The position numbers and the translations under genes are program-made. Below, in pieces: positions 1 through 8,691 of a DNA stretch of 46,702 nucleotides; the stretch's first letter is position 1, and each line of letters starts with the position of its first letter. The notes beneath the pieces are model-generated. The model saw nothing but the letters and a program-made list of their open reading frames with translations, was not told the origin of the DNA and made no database searches. Source of the DNA: Planctomycetota bacterium (GTDB taxonomy: Bacteria > Planctomycetota > UBA11346); contig JAYVTR010000147.1 in the NCBI GenBank assembly GCA_043788625.1, positions 1 to 46,702 on the forward strand, read 5' to 3'.

Positions 1-96
1 TCGACGACTGGCGTGCTCGCCCTGAACCGCCGTATACGGAACCGTACGTACGGTGGTGTGGGAGGACGGGGCCGGTAACGGCCCCTCCTACCCGAT
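1..96 (+). mobile_element. 3' end of a group II intron (subclass IIC): last codons of the RT/maturase ORF, domain V, domain VI and 3' splice site
   Basis: 26-57 ACCGCCGT-A-TACG-GAAC-CGTA-CG-T-ACGGTGGT folds as the short IIC domain V (CGC triad, GAAC loop, CG bulge). 60-96 GGGAGGACGGGGCCGGTAACGGCCCCTCCTACCCGAT is domain VI with a bulged A and the AY terminus. A TGA at 23-25 abuts DV, as is typical for IIC intron ORFs. The rest of the intron lies outside the window. Confidence 0.93.
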
Positions 97-108
97 TAAA
101 TGGTGGCC

Positions 109-133
109 ATGGCGCAATAAGTACTTGCGCTAT
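109..133. promoter_or_regulatory. Inverted repeat upstream of tetR, possible autoregulatory operator
   Basis: ATGGCGCAA-N7-TTGCGCTAT, 27 nt before the tetR ATG. Confidence 0.35.
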
Positions 134-159
134 TATCGTAGTATGACGAGCATGCGGCA

Positions 160-834
160 ATGCTAAGAGCACCCCAACCAAAGCGTGATGCGATCATCGC
201 CGCCGCCGCCGATCGATTTGCTGTCACAGGATTTGCCAACACGCGCATCAGCGATATTGCGCGTTTGGCAGAAATCGGCAAAGGAACCGTTTACGAATAT
301 TTCAATGATAAAGCTTCGCTGCTTCTCGAAGCCTGCTTGTGGAGTTGCCAGGTCAGTGAGCAGTCAGAAGTCGCATTAACTCAGCAGATCGACTTGGTCA
401 ATCCCGTACCCACCACGCACCGCTTGATGCGCGGGATACTTACTTTGTCGCCCGTGCATAGCCTGTCCTATTCACGGCTTTTTTTCGATTTGTGGGCGAT
501 CGCCCAAGACCAACCGGCTATTCTCGCCCAGGCACGTGAACGCTTGCAAAAGGTCTACCGACAACGCGAAAATACCCTCATGCAGGTGATTGTTGCTGGC
601 GAACGGCTCGGGTTTTTCCGTGAGCTTGGGGATGCGAAATTTGTGAGCCGATGTTTTACCGCCTGCGTCGATGGCTTCATGTGGCAGACGACTTTCCGTG
701 CCGATGTCGGCCCCGAACGCCTGGCCAATGAAGGTGCTGATTTCTTCGTGCAATTGTTACTGTGCGAGCCTCAGCGCTTGCGTGAATTCTGCCCACTCGA
801 GTCAGCGATTAAAAAAACGACGATAGCTGTGTAG
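160..834 (+). CDS. TetR/AcrR family transcriptional regulator
   Basis: N-terminal HTH: IIAAAADRFAVTGFANTRISDIARLAEIGKGTVYEYFNDK. Confidence 0.93.
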   Translation: MLRAPQPKRDAIIAAAADRFAVTGFANTRISDIARLAEIGKGTVYEYFNDKASLLLEACLWSCQVSEQSEVALTQQIDLVNPVPTTHRLMRGILTLSPVHSLSYSRLFFDLWAIAQDQPAILAQARERLQKVYRQRENTLMQVIVAGERLGFFRELGDAKFVSRCFTACVDGFMWQTTFRADVGPERLANEGADFFVQLLLCEPQRLREFCPLESAIKKTTIAV

Positions 835-856
835 TCTCGCTGTGCCGAAGACCCTG

Positions 857-880
857 GAGCATGTCAGAGATGACATGCTC
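857..880. repeat. Perfect 10-bp inverted repeat (hairpin or TetR operator)
   Basis: GAGCATGTCA-GAGA-TGACATGCTC between tetR and the MFS gene. Confidence 0.6.
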
Positions 881-900
881 GTAGCCAAGGTTATCCGCGC

Positions 901-927
901 CTAAGGTAGCTAAGTCTAAGGTAGCTA
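901..927 (+). repeat. 12-bp direct repeat
   Basis: CTAAGGTAGCTA at 901-912 and 916-927. Confidence 0.7.
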
Positions 928-933
928 TGCGTC

Positions 934-972
934 GGCATCGGTGTTTGGATCTACTCGATGCCTATCTTTTTT
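934..972 (+). terminator. Putative intrinsic terminator
   Basis: GGCATCG...CGATGCC stem followed by TATCTTTTTT. Confidence 0.5.
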
Positions 973-1035
973 AGGCCTCTTTTAAGCGTTTTCAGATGAG
1001 GCTTGTGTGTGGATGGGGGCACCCCTGATGCGCAC

Positions 1036-2244
1036 ATGCGCGAACGGCACCTGATTGCTTTTTTGACCACGGTTCAGTTCGTGCACATGGTCGACTTCGT
1101 CATGATGATGCCGTTGGGACCGTTGCTGATGCATGACCTGGGTATCGGCACGGTCGAATTTTCGTGGTTGGTATCATCATATACCTTCGCCGCGGCGATC
1201 AGTGGCGTGCTGGCCGGTTTTATCATTGATCGCGGAGATCGGCGGGCTTTCCTACTGCCGCTCCTGGTGCTGTTTTCGCTGGCCACCATGGCCTGTGGTT
1301 GGGCGCCGACGTGGTCATCAATGATGTTGGTGCGCGCCGCTGCCGGTTTCTTTGGCGGGGCCTTGGGCACTCTGACCATGGCAATCGTGCCCGATGCGAT
1401 TCCTCCCGAACGACGCGGACGCGCCTTGGGGGTGATCATGGCCTCCTTTTCGATCGCTTCGATTATCGGCATCCCCATCGGCATGACCTTGGCCGTACAT
1501 CAGGGGTGGCATGCCCCGTTCTGGTGGTTGGGCAGTGCCGGGCTAGCGGTGGCGGTATGGGCGATAATTGCCTTTCCCACCATGGTTGGCCATATCCATG
1601 CCATCCGAGTTACACCCTGGCAGACTTTTGCCGCGGTATTCCGCGTCCCCACCCATTGGCGGGCTTTCGCCTTGTCGGTGTCGTTGGTGTTGGCTGGTTT
1701 TACGGTGATCCCTTTCATCAGCCCGTACTTGGTGGGCAACCTGGGGTTCAGTAATGATCAGCTGCAATATGTTTACCTCGCCGGGGGCATCGCTTCGGTG
1801 GTGACCTCGCCAGTGATCGGGCGCCTAGCGGACCATTTTGGCGCGCGCTGGATCTTTGCTGGCGTAGCGCTTTTGTCGGTGGTGCCATTGCTGGGGATCA
1901 CCAATCTGCCCCCCGTGGGCATGACCCTGACCTTGGTCGTCACCACGGGTTTCATCGTCTTGATCTCAGGGCGTTTTGTGCCAGCGATGGCCCTTATCGC
2001 CAATGGCGTTGAGCCGCGCTTGCGTGGCAGCTTCATGGGATTCCACTCAGCCATCCAATCGTTGGCCATGGGTATGGCGGCACAAATTGCCGGACGGCTT
2101 GTGACCAAGGCGCCTGATGGCAGCATCGTGAACTATCCGCGAGTTGGCTGGCTGGCGGCAGGTTTCACGCTTTTGGCGATCGCGATCGCCATGACGATTC
2201 GTTCAGCACCGCTTCAACGCCTGATGATAAAGAGCCTTCCATGA
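1036..2244 (+). CDS. MFS transporter (DHA1/arabinose-efflux-like)
   Basis: About 12 hydrophobic segments and MFS motif A (GFIIDRGDRR, GRLADHFGAR). Start taken at ATG 1036 rather than TTG 1003. Confidence 0.9.
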   Translation: MRERHLIAFLTTVQFVHMVDFVMMMPLGPLLMHDLGIGTVEFSWLVSSYTFAAAISGVLAGFIIDRGDRRAFLLPLLVLFSLATMACGWAPTWSSMMLVRAAAGFFGGALGTLTMAIVPDAIPPERRGRALGVIMASFSIASIIGIPIGMTLAVHQGWHAPFWWLGSAGLAVAVWAIIAFPTMVGHIHAIRVTPWQTFAAVFRVPTHWRAFALSVSLVLAGFTVIPFISPYLVGNLGFSNDQLQYVYLAGGIASVVTSPVIGRLADHFGARWIFAGVALLSVVPLLGITNLPPVGMTLTLVVTTGFIVLISGRFVPAMALIANGVEPRLRGSFMGFHSAIQSLAMGMAAQIAGRLVTKAPDGSIVNYPRVGWLAAGFTLLAIAIAMTIRSAPLQRLMIKSLP

Positions 2245-2645
2245 TGTACCTCACCCGCCGTTTTGGATTTTCATCGAGTCATCGCCTGCACGCCGTCGGC
2301 CTTGATGCGCAGGGCAATTCATGTGCGTTTGGCATCTGCCAAAACATGCATGGCCATAACTATAAGCTGGAAGTGACGGTACGTGGTACCGTCGATGAGC
2401 ACACCGGTTTCTTCTGCAATGTCATGGATCTGCTGGCCCTGGTCGATCGCTTGGTGGTGAAGCCATGCGATCATCAATACCTCAATGATCTGCCGTTGTT
2501 CCAGGGGGTGACCACGACCATGGAAAACCTCACTACGCGTATTTGGGGTGCCATTGACGGTCCGCTGAGCGAACAGGGCATGGAATTGTATGAAGTGCAA
2601 CTCGGCGAGACCGACGAACACTGGGCGCGGCTGCGTCGCGATTAA
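2241..2645 (+). CDS. queD: 6-pyruvoyl/6-carboxy-tetrahydropterin synthase (PTPS/QueD family)
   Basis: SSSHRL, CQNMHGHNY (Zn-binding His, catalytic Cys), DHQYLND, TTMEN. ATGA overlap with the MFS stop. Confidence 0.85.
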   Translation: MMYLTRRFGFSSSHRLHAVGLDAQGNSCAFGICQNMHGHNYKLEVTVRGTVDEHTGFFCNVMDLLALVDRLVVKPCDHQYLNDLPLFQGVTTTMENLTTRIWGAIDGPLSEQGMELYEVQLGETDEHWARLRRD

Positions 2646-2701
2646 GTCGTAGCGTCTGGCGGTCGGTTGCGGGACGGCTGCCGCGTCCACACTGTTTCCC
2701 C

Positions 2702-3013
2702 ATGCGTTATCAAGATGCCCCACACATGGACATGGGTAGCCTTTATGCCCGTGAACCTCACTTCGGCCGGATGTACCGCCTCTTGGGGTACTGCGGCATC
2801 ATCATTGCCGCCTTTTTCTTCAGCGATCCAGATATTCTCGGACGGCTCTTGATCGCCCTGATCGTCGCCTGGTTGATGGCGTGGTATCGGATCGTCGGCG
2901 CTTTGTGGCGTTCGAGCATCGTCGCCGCAGCTCTGCTATGCGCGTTCTTGATGACCTTGCATAAACTGCACCTGTTGCCGCTGCATGTGCCAATGACCGG
3001 AGTCGCATCGTGA
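2702..3013 (+). CDS. Small membrane protein (about 3 TM), unknown function
   Basis: Three hydrophobic stretches. GTGA overlap with psd. Start uncertain. Confidence 0.6.
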   Translation: MRYQDAPHMDMGSLYAREPHFGRMYRLLGYCGIIIAAFFFSDPDILGRLLIALIVAWLMAWYRIVGALWRSSIVAAALLCAFLMTLHKLHLLPLHVPMTGVAS

Positions 3014-3684
3014 CTTTTGCTCGCTGGGGCATCCCCACCCTGATCTCCGCCACGTTGTTCTTTGCCTGGGCCCTATGGCTGCTGCCCGAAGGCCCGGTGC
3101 GCTGGGTCGGCTACGCCGTGGCGGCCTTCTTCTGGTGCTTCACCCTGGCTTTCTTCCGCAATCCGGCGCGTACGCCACAAGGCGATGCGCGTTGCCTGAC
3201 CGCCCCCGCCGACGGCCTGGTGTGGGATATTACCGAACTTGATGAACCTGACTTCATCAAGGGCCGGGCGCTGCGCATCGGTATTTTTCTGTCGGTATTC
3301 GATGTCCACGTCAACCGTTCGCCGGTCGATGGCGAGATCGTCTACGCTGCCTACAAGCCAGGTAAGTTCCTTGATGTGCGGCACCCCGACTGCACCCATG
3401 AAAATGAAGCCAACAGCCTCGGAATCATCGCCAGTCCAGCGGTGGCGTCGGGTCTCAAGTTGCTGGTGCGTCAGTTGTCCGGACTCATCGCCCGGCGCAT
3501 CATCAGCACCCATGGGGTGGGCGATACGTTGAGCCGTGGCGAGTTGTACGGGATGATCAAGTTCGGCTCACGTACCGAGCTGTGGATTCCTGCTGATACC
3601 GCCCACGTGGTGAAGGTCAAAAAGGGGGATCGCGTCAAGTGTGGCGAGACGGTACTGATAGAACTTAAAGGAAATGCTCCATGA
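3010..3684 (+). CDS. psd: Phosphatidylserine decarboxylase proenzyme
   Basis: FFRNP, APADG, IFLSVFDVHVNRSP, GLIARRI and the FGS autocleavage motif (GMIKFGSRTE). Confidence 0.95.
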   Translation: MTFARWGIPTLISATLFFAWALWLLPEGPVRWVGYAVAAFFWCFTLAFFRNPARTPQGDARCLTAPADGLVWDITELDEPDFIKGRALRIGIFLSVFDVHVNRSPVDGEIVYAAYKPGKFLDVRHPDCTHENEANSLGIIASPAVASGLKLLVRQLSGLIARRIISTHGVGDTLSRGELYGMIKFGSRTELWIPADTAHVVKVKKGDRVKCGETVLIELKGNAP

Positions 3685-4613
3685 GCGACCGCCTGACCTC
3701 GGTGCGGGCGCGGATGCGGCGTTTGAAGACGCTGCCGGTGGCGCCGACCCTGCTGACCGCGGGTAACCTGGCATCAGGAATCACGGCGGTTTTATGCGCG
3801 GCGCATGACCAGTTGTTCGTCGGCGCGATCATGATCTTCGTCGCTATGGTTTGCGACATGTTCGACGGCAAGGTCGCGCGCATGACCAAGCAGGACGGCC
3901 CATTCGGCGCCGAGCTGGATTCCCTCAGCGACGTGGTCTCATTCGGCGTGGCGCCAGCTATCCTCGTGCACCGCTTAGTGCTCGGTCAGCCTGGCGTATT
4001 CGATGACGGCATTCGCATCCTGTGGTTCCTGACGGTTTTATACCCAGTATTGGCGGCAATCCGCTTGGCGCGCTACAATGTCGAGGCGTCCGCTCCAAGT
4101 GATGAGAAATCTGATAAATCACCGCATTTCCGTGGGGTACCATCTCCGGGTGCAGCGGGCTTGGTGTGTGCGTGGATTCTGCTGCATCAGCGCCAGCCCG
4201 AGTGGTTGCCAGCATGGTTGGCAAGTCCGGCGAGCCTGAAGGATTACTCCGGCTTGCTGCACATCGATGCCTTCCGTTGGATCATCCTGATGGTTATGAC
4301 GGCGAGTGCCCTGTTGATGGTTAGCACCATCCGCTTTCCGCACATCGGCAATTCACTCTTTGGCCGCATTGGCTTCGGCAAGATGATCCTGTTGCTGATG
4401 GTAGCGGTGTTCCTGGTGTGGGCACCGGTGATCACTTTGGTGGTAGCGACCACCAGTTATGTGCTGTTTGGTGTGCTCGCGGCATTGGTGCGGGCGATAT
4501 CGCGTCTGCGCCAGGGCAAATCAATCGACGAAGATGATGATGAAGACACCGAAGATGTCGGCCTGTCGACGGACACCTATACCCGGGTTGATGGCCCTGC
4601 AGAAGGGCGCTGA
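3681..4613 (+). CDS. pssA: CDP-diacylglycerol--serine O-phosphatidyltransferase
   Basis: CDP-alcohol motif DMFDGKVAR...GAELDSLSDVVSFGVAP and RLARYN. Overlaps psd. Acidic C-terminal tail. Confidence 0.93.
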   Translation: MSDRLTSVRARMRRLKTLPVAPTLLTAGNLASGITAVLCAAHDQLFVGAIMIFVAMVCDMFDGKVARMTKQDGPFGAELDSLSDVVSFGVAPAILVHRLVLGQPGVFDDGIRILWFLTVLYPVLAAIRLARYNVEASAPSDEKSDKSPHFRGVPSPGAAGLVCAWILLHQRQPEWLPAWLASPASLKDYSGLLHIDAFRWIILMVMTASALLMVSTIRFPHIGNSLFGRIGFGKMILLLMVAVFLVWAPVITLVVATTSYVLFGVLAALVRAISRLRQGKSIDEDDDEDTEDVGLSTDTYTRVDGPAEGR

Positions 4614-5578
4614 TGCTGCTGCCTGGCGCTGAGCATCCCCATCCGGCGCGTCCGGCCAGTGAACTGGCGGCGTGGCTCGGCGTCGACCCTGCCCGCGTCG
4701 ACGCTTGGGTAAGCGCCGGCCTGCCGACGGCTGCCGACGGCATCGATGCCTTTGCGGCGGTCAACTGGCTGTCGGATCGGCTGGATGAGGCGCCGATTCT
4801 ACGCGCTCGTTGGCAACGTTTCCTCGGTTGGTTTGCACCCTTTGTCGCTGGTGAAGACCGCGCCGCGACGCGCCACGTGACGCGTTCGCACCGCTTGTTC
4901 TTGCCGCATGAGCCGGCCTCGATCCGCTGGTGGATCCCGCGCATCCAAGACGCGGCCAATGAAGAATGGTCGGTGCCGCAGGCGGTCACCAAGACGCATG
5001 TGAAGGTTTACAGCGCCGAAGCCGATGCCTGCGCGACCGTGAAGATTCGCCCGGAGCGGCGGGCGGCGTTTGACTTGGTACCTTTGGTCGAAGAAGTCAT
5101 CGAGGGCTTCACCTATGGCTATCGCCATCATCGCCCCAATGACGACTACCACGGCCGGACCTCGGGCAGTTGCCTGGATCTGACTTTTGCCGTCGGTCAA
5201 CGGCTGACTGACATCGGTCGTCCATGGCGTCTATGTTCAGGGGTCATTGCCCACACCGCTTTGGCCAATCCACATTTTTGGCTCGAAGTCGAAGCCGCCG
5301 GTGGCATCTGGATTCCTGTTGATCCGACCCTGCCAGCTTTGGCCAAACGTTTTGCCGCCCTCCACCGTACTGACTGGAGAACCTGGGTGCGTGCTTATAC
5401 CGGCGGCTGTGATGCCCGACGCATCACCCTGTGTCGTGGCGAAGCTCCGCTGCGCGATATTCCCGGTGGTTCGACCATCGGCTCGACCATCGGCGAAGCG
5501 GTGGTCGATGATAGGAATGCCTGGTCGTGCATCGACTGGGTCTGTGGTGAGTGCCGCTGGGAGTTTGAACGCGGGTAA
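4613..5578 (+). CDS. Transglutaminase-like (Cys-His-Asp) protein with N-terminal HTH
   Basis: GSCLD (C187), HFWLEV (H221), WIPVDPT (D237). N-terminal ELAAWLGVDPARVDAWVSAGLP is HTH-like. TGATG coupling to pssA. Confidence 0.75.
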   Translation: MLLPGAEHPHPARPASELAAWLGVDPARVDAWVSAGLPTAADGIDAFAAVNWLSDRLDEAPILRARWQRFLGWFAPFVAGEDRAATRHVTRSHRLFLPHEPASIRWWIPRIQDAANEEWSVPQAVTKTHVKVYSAEADACATVKIRPERRAAFDLVPLVEEVIEGFTYGYRHHRPNDDYHGRTSGSCLDLTFAVGQRLTDIGRPWRLCSGVIAHTALANPHFWLEVEAAGGIWIPVDPTLPALAKRFAALHRTDWRTWVRAYTGGCDARRITLCRGEAPLRDIPGGSTIGSTIGEAVVDDRNAWSCIDWVCGECRWEFERG

Positions 5579-5613
5579 AAAAGCTGATCACCAAGGTGAT
5601 CGAGGAGTCAGTC

Positions 5614-6126
5614 ATGCGTGTGTTCGTCCTCACTCTTCTTACCTTGCCGACCATCGCCGTCGCAGCCTGTTGTTTGGAAGGATGTGCGCCATCGGCTGCT
5701 GCACCGGCTATCTCGACAGCGAATGGAGCGCCAGCCACGGCCGCTGCCTCAGCCGTATGGTTAAACGACTACCAGCAAGCGTTGACCCGTGCAACTGCTG
5801 AGAAAAAGCCCATCCTGGCGGATTTCACCGGCAGCGATTGGTGCGGGACGTGTATTGCCTTGAAGCGCGAAGTCTTCAGCACTCCTGCGTTCGTTGCCTG
5901 GGCGAGCGAGCATGTGGTTCTGCTGGAAGTCGATTTCCCCAACGACACGCCTTTGCCAGCTGCGCTCAAACAGCAAAATGAACAGCTGGCAACCACGTTT
6001 GTCGTCGATCAGTTTCCGACTATTTTGTTTATCGACGCCTCAGGCAAGAAGCTCGGCCAAACCGGCTATGTTGCTGGCGGGCCACAACCGTGGATCGCCA
6101 GTGCCGAGGCTATCATCGGGCATTAA
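5614..6126 (+). CDS. Exported thioredoxin-fold protein
   Basis: DFTGSDWCGTC active site, cis-Pro FPT, N-terminal signal/lipoprotein-like peptide, SD GAGGAG before ATG 5614. Confidence 0.88.
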   Translation: MRVFVLTLLTLPTIAVAACCLEGCAPSAAAPAISTANGAPATAAASAVWLNDYQQALTRATAEKKPILADFTGSDWCGTCIALKREVFSTPAFVAWASEHVVLLEVDFPNDTPLPAALKQQNEQLATTFVVDQFPTILFIDASGKKLGQTGYVAGGPQPWIASAEAIIGH

Positions 6127-6259
6127 CCACGTATGCGCGCTATCCGCAGAGATTCTTGTCCAGCCATAGCGACGCTAAAATAGCCAGTGCAGGGGTCGTT
6201 TACGCAGATGCCCCCACTGGTCGAGGGTGCTGTATCCGAGATTTTTTCCAACGGTGAGC

Positions 6260-7729
6260 TCACGGGGAACTGCGCAACGTCACCACTTCAAATGGCGCTA
6301 CGACCACGGCTACCGCACCGTTGTGCATCATGACCGATGTCGTCACTGGCTCGGTGCCACCCGGCCCGCAGCGCGAGATATTCATGAGCTGGTCTGGCAG
6401 TCCGGACATTTCCCTGATCTGCACCGTAACCATCGGCGAAATCGCCGGGCGACCTTCCTGATCGATATCCCAGGTACCGGTGTTGCCTTCCTCGCGAAAG
6501 GCAGTCGAGGTGTAATTACTGAGTCCGATGCTCCAGCCGCCATCGGGATGACGCGCGCAGGTGGCATTGAGACGCGGCTTCTTGCCATAGGTCCAGGTCA
6601 TGTCGCCATCGAGCGAGCTCGTGCAATGGCGGAATACCACGCCCGGTGGAAAGGCGGCGGAAAGCTGACGGTAATATTGGAATTTGAGAAAGGTCGTCCA
6701 GCCCAAGCCATCCAGATTCAAGCTGAAGATGCGGGTCGCATTATCGTGCGGATCGTCGTTTTCAAAGCCCAAGAAGTGGATCCAGTGGGTAACCCCATGG
6801 TTAACATCACTGAGGAAACGGGACGCGAGAGTCGCCGCTCGTTTGGCATCGCCGGGTACTTCTGGGCCATTATCGCTGGTCTCTGACATCCAGTAATCTT
6901 TTCCCTGCGCGAGCTTCTGTGCCTGCTCGGTGGCGCCCATGTTGTAGGTGTGCGAAGCGACTCCCGACAACGCTGCCCAGGTGGCTGGATCGCGTTGGAA
7001 ATAGGTCAGTGAATCGTAAAGAACTTGATCAGCGCTAGAAGTTTCGGGACCGATGATCTTCACACTGGTGAGTGTTGCGGCATCCAACCCTTTGCGCATA
7101 CGCAGAATAATCACCCCGAGTTGTTCTTGGGAAAAAAATTCTTTGTCATTGGGCTCGTTCTGGATGCCAGTTGCACTGAGCACCACTCCTGTTTCATCCC
7201 GCAGTCGAACGATAAAATCGACGACCAGGTCTGCATAGGCTGTAGCCGCTGCATCGTCACGCAAAGCTCGACCCCGTTCGGTTTCGCGACTGAGGTACAC
7301 CGGCATACCTTCAGGAGCCAGCAGCAGGGTGGTGACGCCATGACGCCGTGCGTCCGCCAGCACTCCAGAATCAATATAACGTTCACGGAATTCAGTGAGA
7401 CGGTGTTCACCCGCGGTGGGGGCATATTCAAAGGTGTTGACCCACAGGCGGAGGATCTTGAAATTAAGGTCTCCCCATAATGCCTGCGATAGATGCTCCC
7501 GGTTAGCGGAGGAGAGCTTTTGATATCCCTTGCCCCAATTGCCGAGGCTCGTGCCGAAGCCAGCAAAAGTTTGTTGGTTGCCGGCCTCCGCAGTGATGGT
7601 GATCGCTGACACCGGTGTTCCCGCTGGAAGCGTGGCGATTGCGGCATGTGCGGGTTCAGCTGACCAACAGGTAGTCCAGGTCGCAGTAGCTATCGTCAGC
7701 AGAAAGGCATGACGCAAAATAACGAGCAT
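6260..7729 (-). CDS. Secreted clan GH-A glycoside hydrolase, GH30-like
   Basis: Signal peptide, QTFAGFG, acid/base IQNEP, SHTY, nucleophile WMSETS. Confidence 0.75.
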   Translation of the reverse strand: MLVILRHAFLLTIATATWTTCWSAEPAHAAIATLPAGTPVSAITITAEAGNQQTFAGFGTSLGNWGKGYQKLSSANREHLSQALWGDLNFKILRLWVNTFEYAPTAGEHRLTEFRERYIDSGVLADARRHGVTTLLLAPEGMPVYLSRETERGRALRDDAAATAYADLVVDFIVRLRDETGVVLSATGIQNEPNDKEFFSQEQLGVIILRMRKGLDAATLTSVKIIGPETSSADQVLYDSLTYFQRDPATWAALSGVASHTYNMGATEQAQKLAQGKDYWMSETSDNGPEVPGDAKRAATLASRFLSDVNHGVTHWIHFLGFENDDPHDNATRIFSLNLDGLGWTTFLKFQYYRQLSAAFPPGVVFRHCTSSLDGDMTWTYGKKPRLNATCARHPDGGWSIGLSNYTSTAFREEGNTGTWDIDQEGRPAISPMVTVQIREMSGLPDQLMNISRCGPGGTEPVTTSVMMHNGAVAVVVAPFEVVTLRSSP

Positions 7730-7762
7730 AATGATTCCTTAAAGGCACGGGAAGAAGAGGTG

Positions 7763-8461
7763 TCAGGGAATGTCGCAGCGCCACAGCTTGTCGTTGAAGG
7801 TCGTCCAATTCGTCACCACCGGGATCGCCTGGACCTGAGTCTTGGTGTCTCCATGGCCGTCGAAATAGACGAATGGCGCACGCTTGCGATGGCGGAAATC
7901 AATGCCCCAACCGGGTAAACCTGAAGATGGATCAAGGTCTCGCCAATGCCCGACGGGATCTAGAGGTACGGAATCAGAAATGAGAAAGGATTCGGAAGGG
8001 CGTTTGACTTGGGTTTCGTGGATGGGCCGATGTCCCCAGTTGGTGGCATCCGAATCACTTAATCCACTGTAGACATTTTTTCCATAGGTGCTCGGGTTGG
8101 TGTTGTCCCACGTCCGCGTGGTGCTTTTCGGGCAGCGGAAGATACCCATCGAGGAATCACCGGCGTTCACTGAACGGTTTTCCATCGTCATCATGAGCTG
8201 ACCCGACCAATACCGGGCGATATTATACGGCGAGTTTTCAATGAAATTTGGAACAATCCAACCATCATTATCTTGCGCATATTGCGCCGAGGCGAGCCCC
8301 ATCTGCCGTACATTATTGAGGCATGAGGTCGTCCGAGCTGCTTCGCGAACCATGGAGACAGATGGCAACAGCATGGCCGCTAGGATAGCGATTATGGAAA
8401 TGACGACCAATAGTTCGATGAGCGTAAAAGCGGTGAGCCACAAAGAGGTTTTAGTACGCAT
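7763..8461 (-). CDS. Prepilin-type N-terminal cleavage/methylation protein with C-terminal H-X9-DG motif (DUF1559-like)
   Basis: [23 protein letters not shown]...[30 protein letters not shown]. Confidence 0.93.
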   Translation of the reverse strand: MRTKTSLWLTAFTLIELLVVISIIAILAAMLLPSVSMVREAARTTSCLNNVRQMGLASAQYAQDNDGWIVPNFIENSPYNIARYWSGQLMMTMENRSVNAGDSSMGIFRCPKSTTRTWDNTNPSTYGKNVYSGLSDSDATNWGHRPIHETQVKRPSESFLISDSVPLDPVGHWRDLDPSSGLPGWGIDFRHRKRAPFVYFDGHGDTKTQVQAIPVVTNWTTFNDKLWRCDIP

Positions 8462-8691
8462 AGGTATAGTATTCTTTAACGCCGAAAATGGATTAGCAGC
8501 GATCTAGGAACCTGCCGAAGATAGGCGAGCACGTCTGACTCGGTCGTGCGCTGCATTACGGCACACTCCTTCATCATGCGATTTATCCGGTGACATACGC
8601 AGTGATCTTTGTTGGATGACTTCGACACGCTCCTATTTAATTGGGTTCTTAAGGCTACGGTTTAGGTTAGCGTCCCCAAGAAGAGGTTGCC

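Noticed and set aside
96-281. 61-aa minus-strand ORF ending exactly at the intron boundary
   Set aside because: Mostly antisense to the tetR HTH and has no recognisable protein features; probably a shadow ORF.
900-910. CCTAAGGTAGC matches the core of the 23S rRNA I-CeuI site
   Set aside because: Only 11 nt match and the flanks do not resemble rRNA; likely chance.
877-930. GCTCGTAGCCAAGG resembles a tRNA 5' end; the short repeats resemble a mini-CRISPR
   Set aside because: No T arm or cloverleaf; the repeats are 12 nt with a 3-nt spacer and there are no cas genes.
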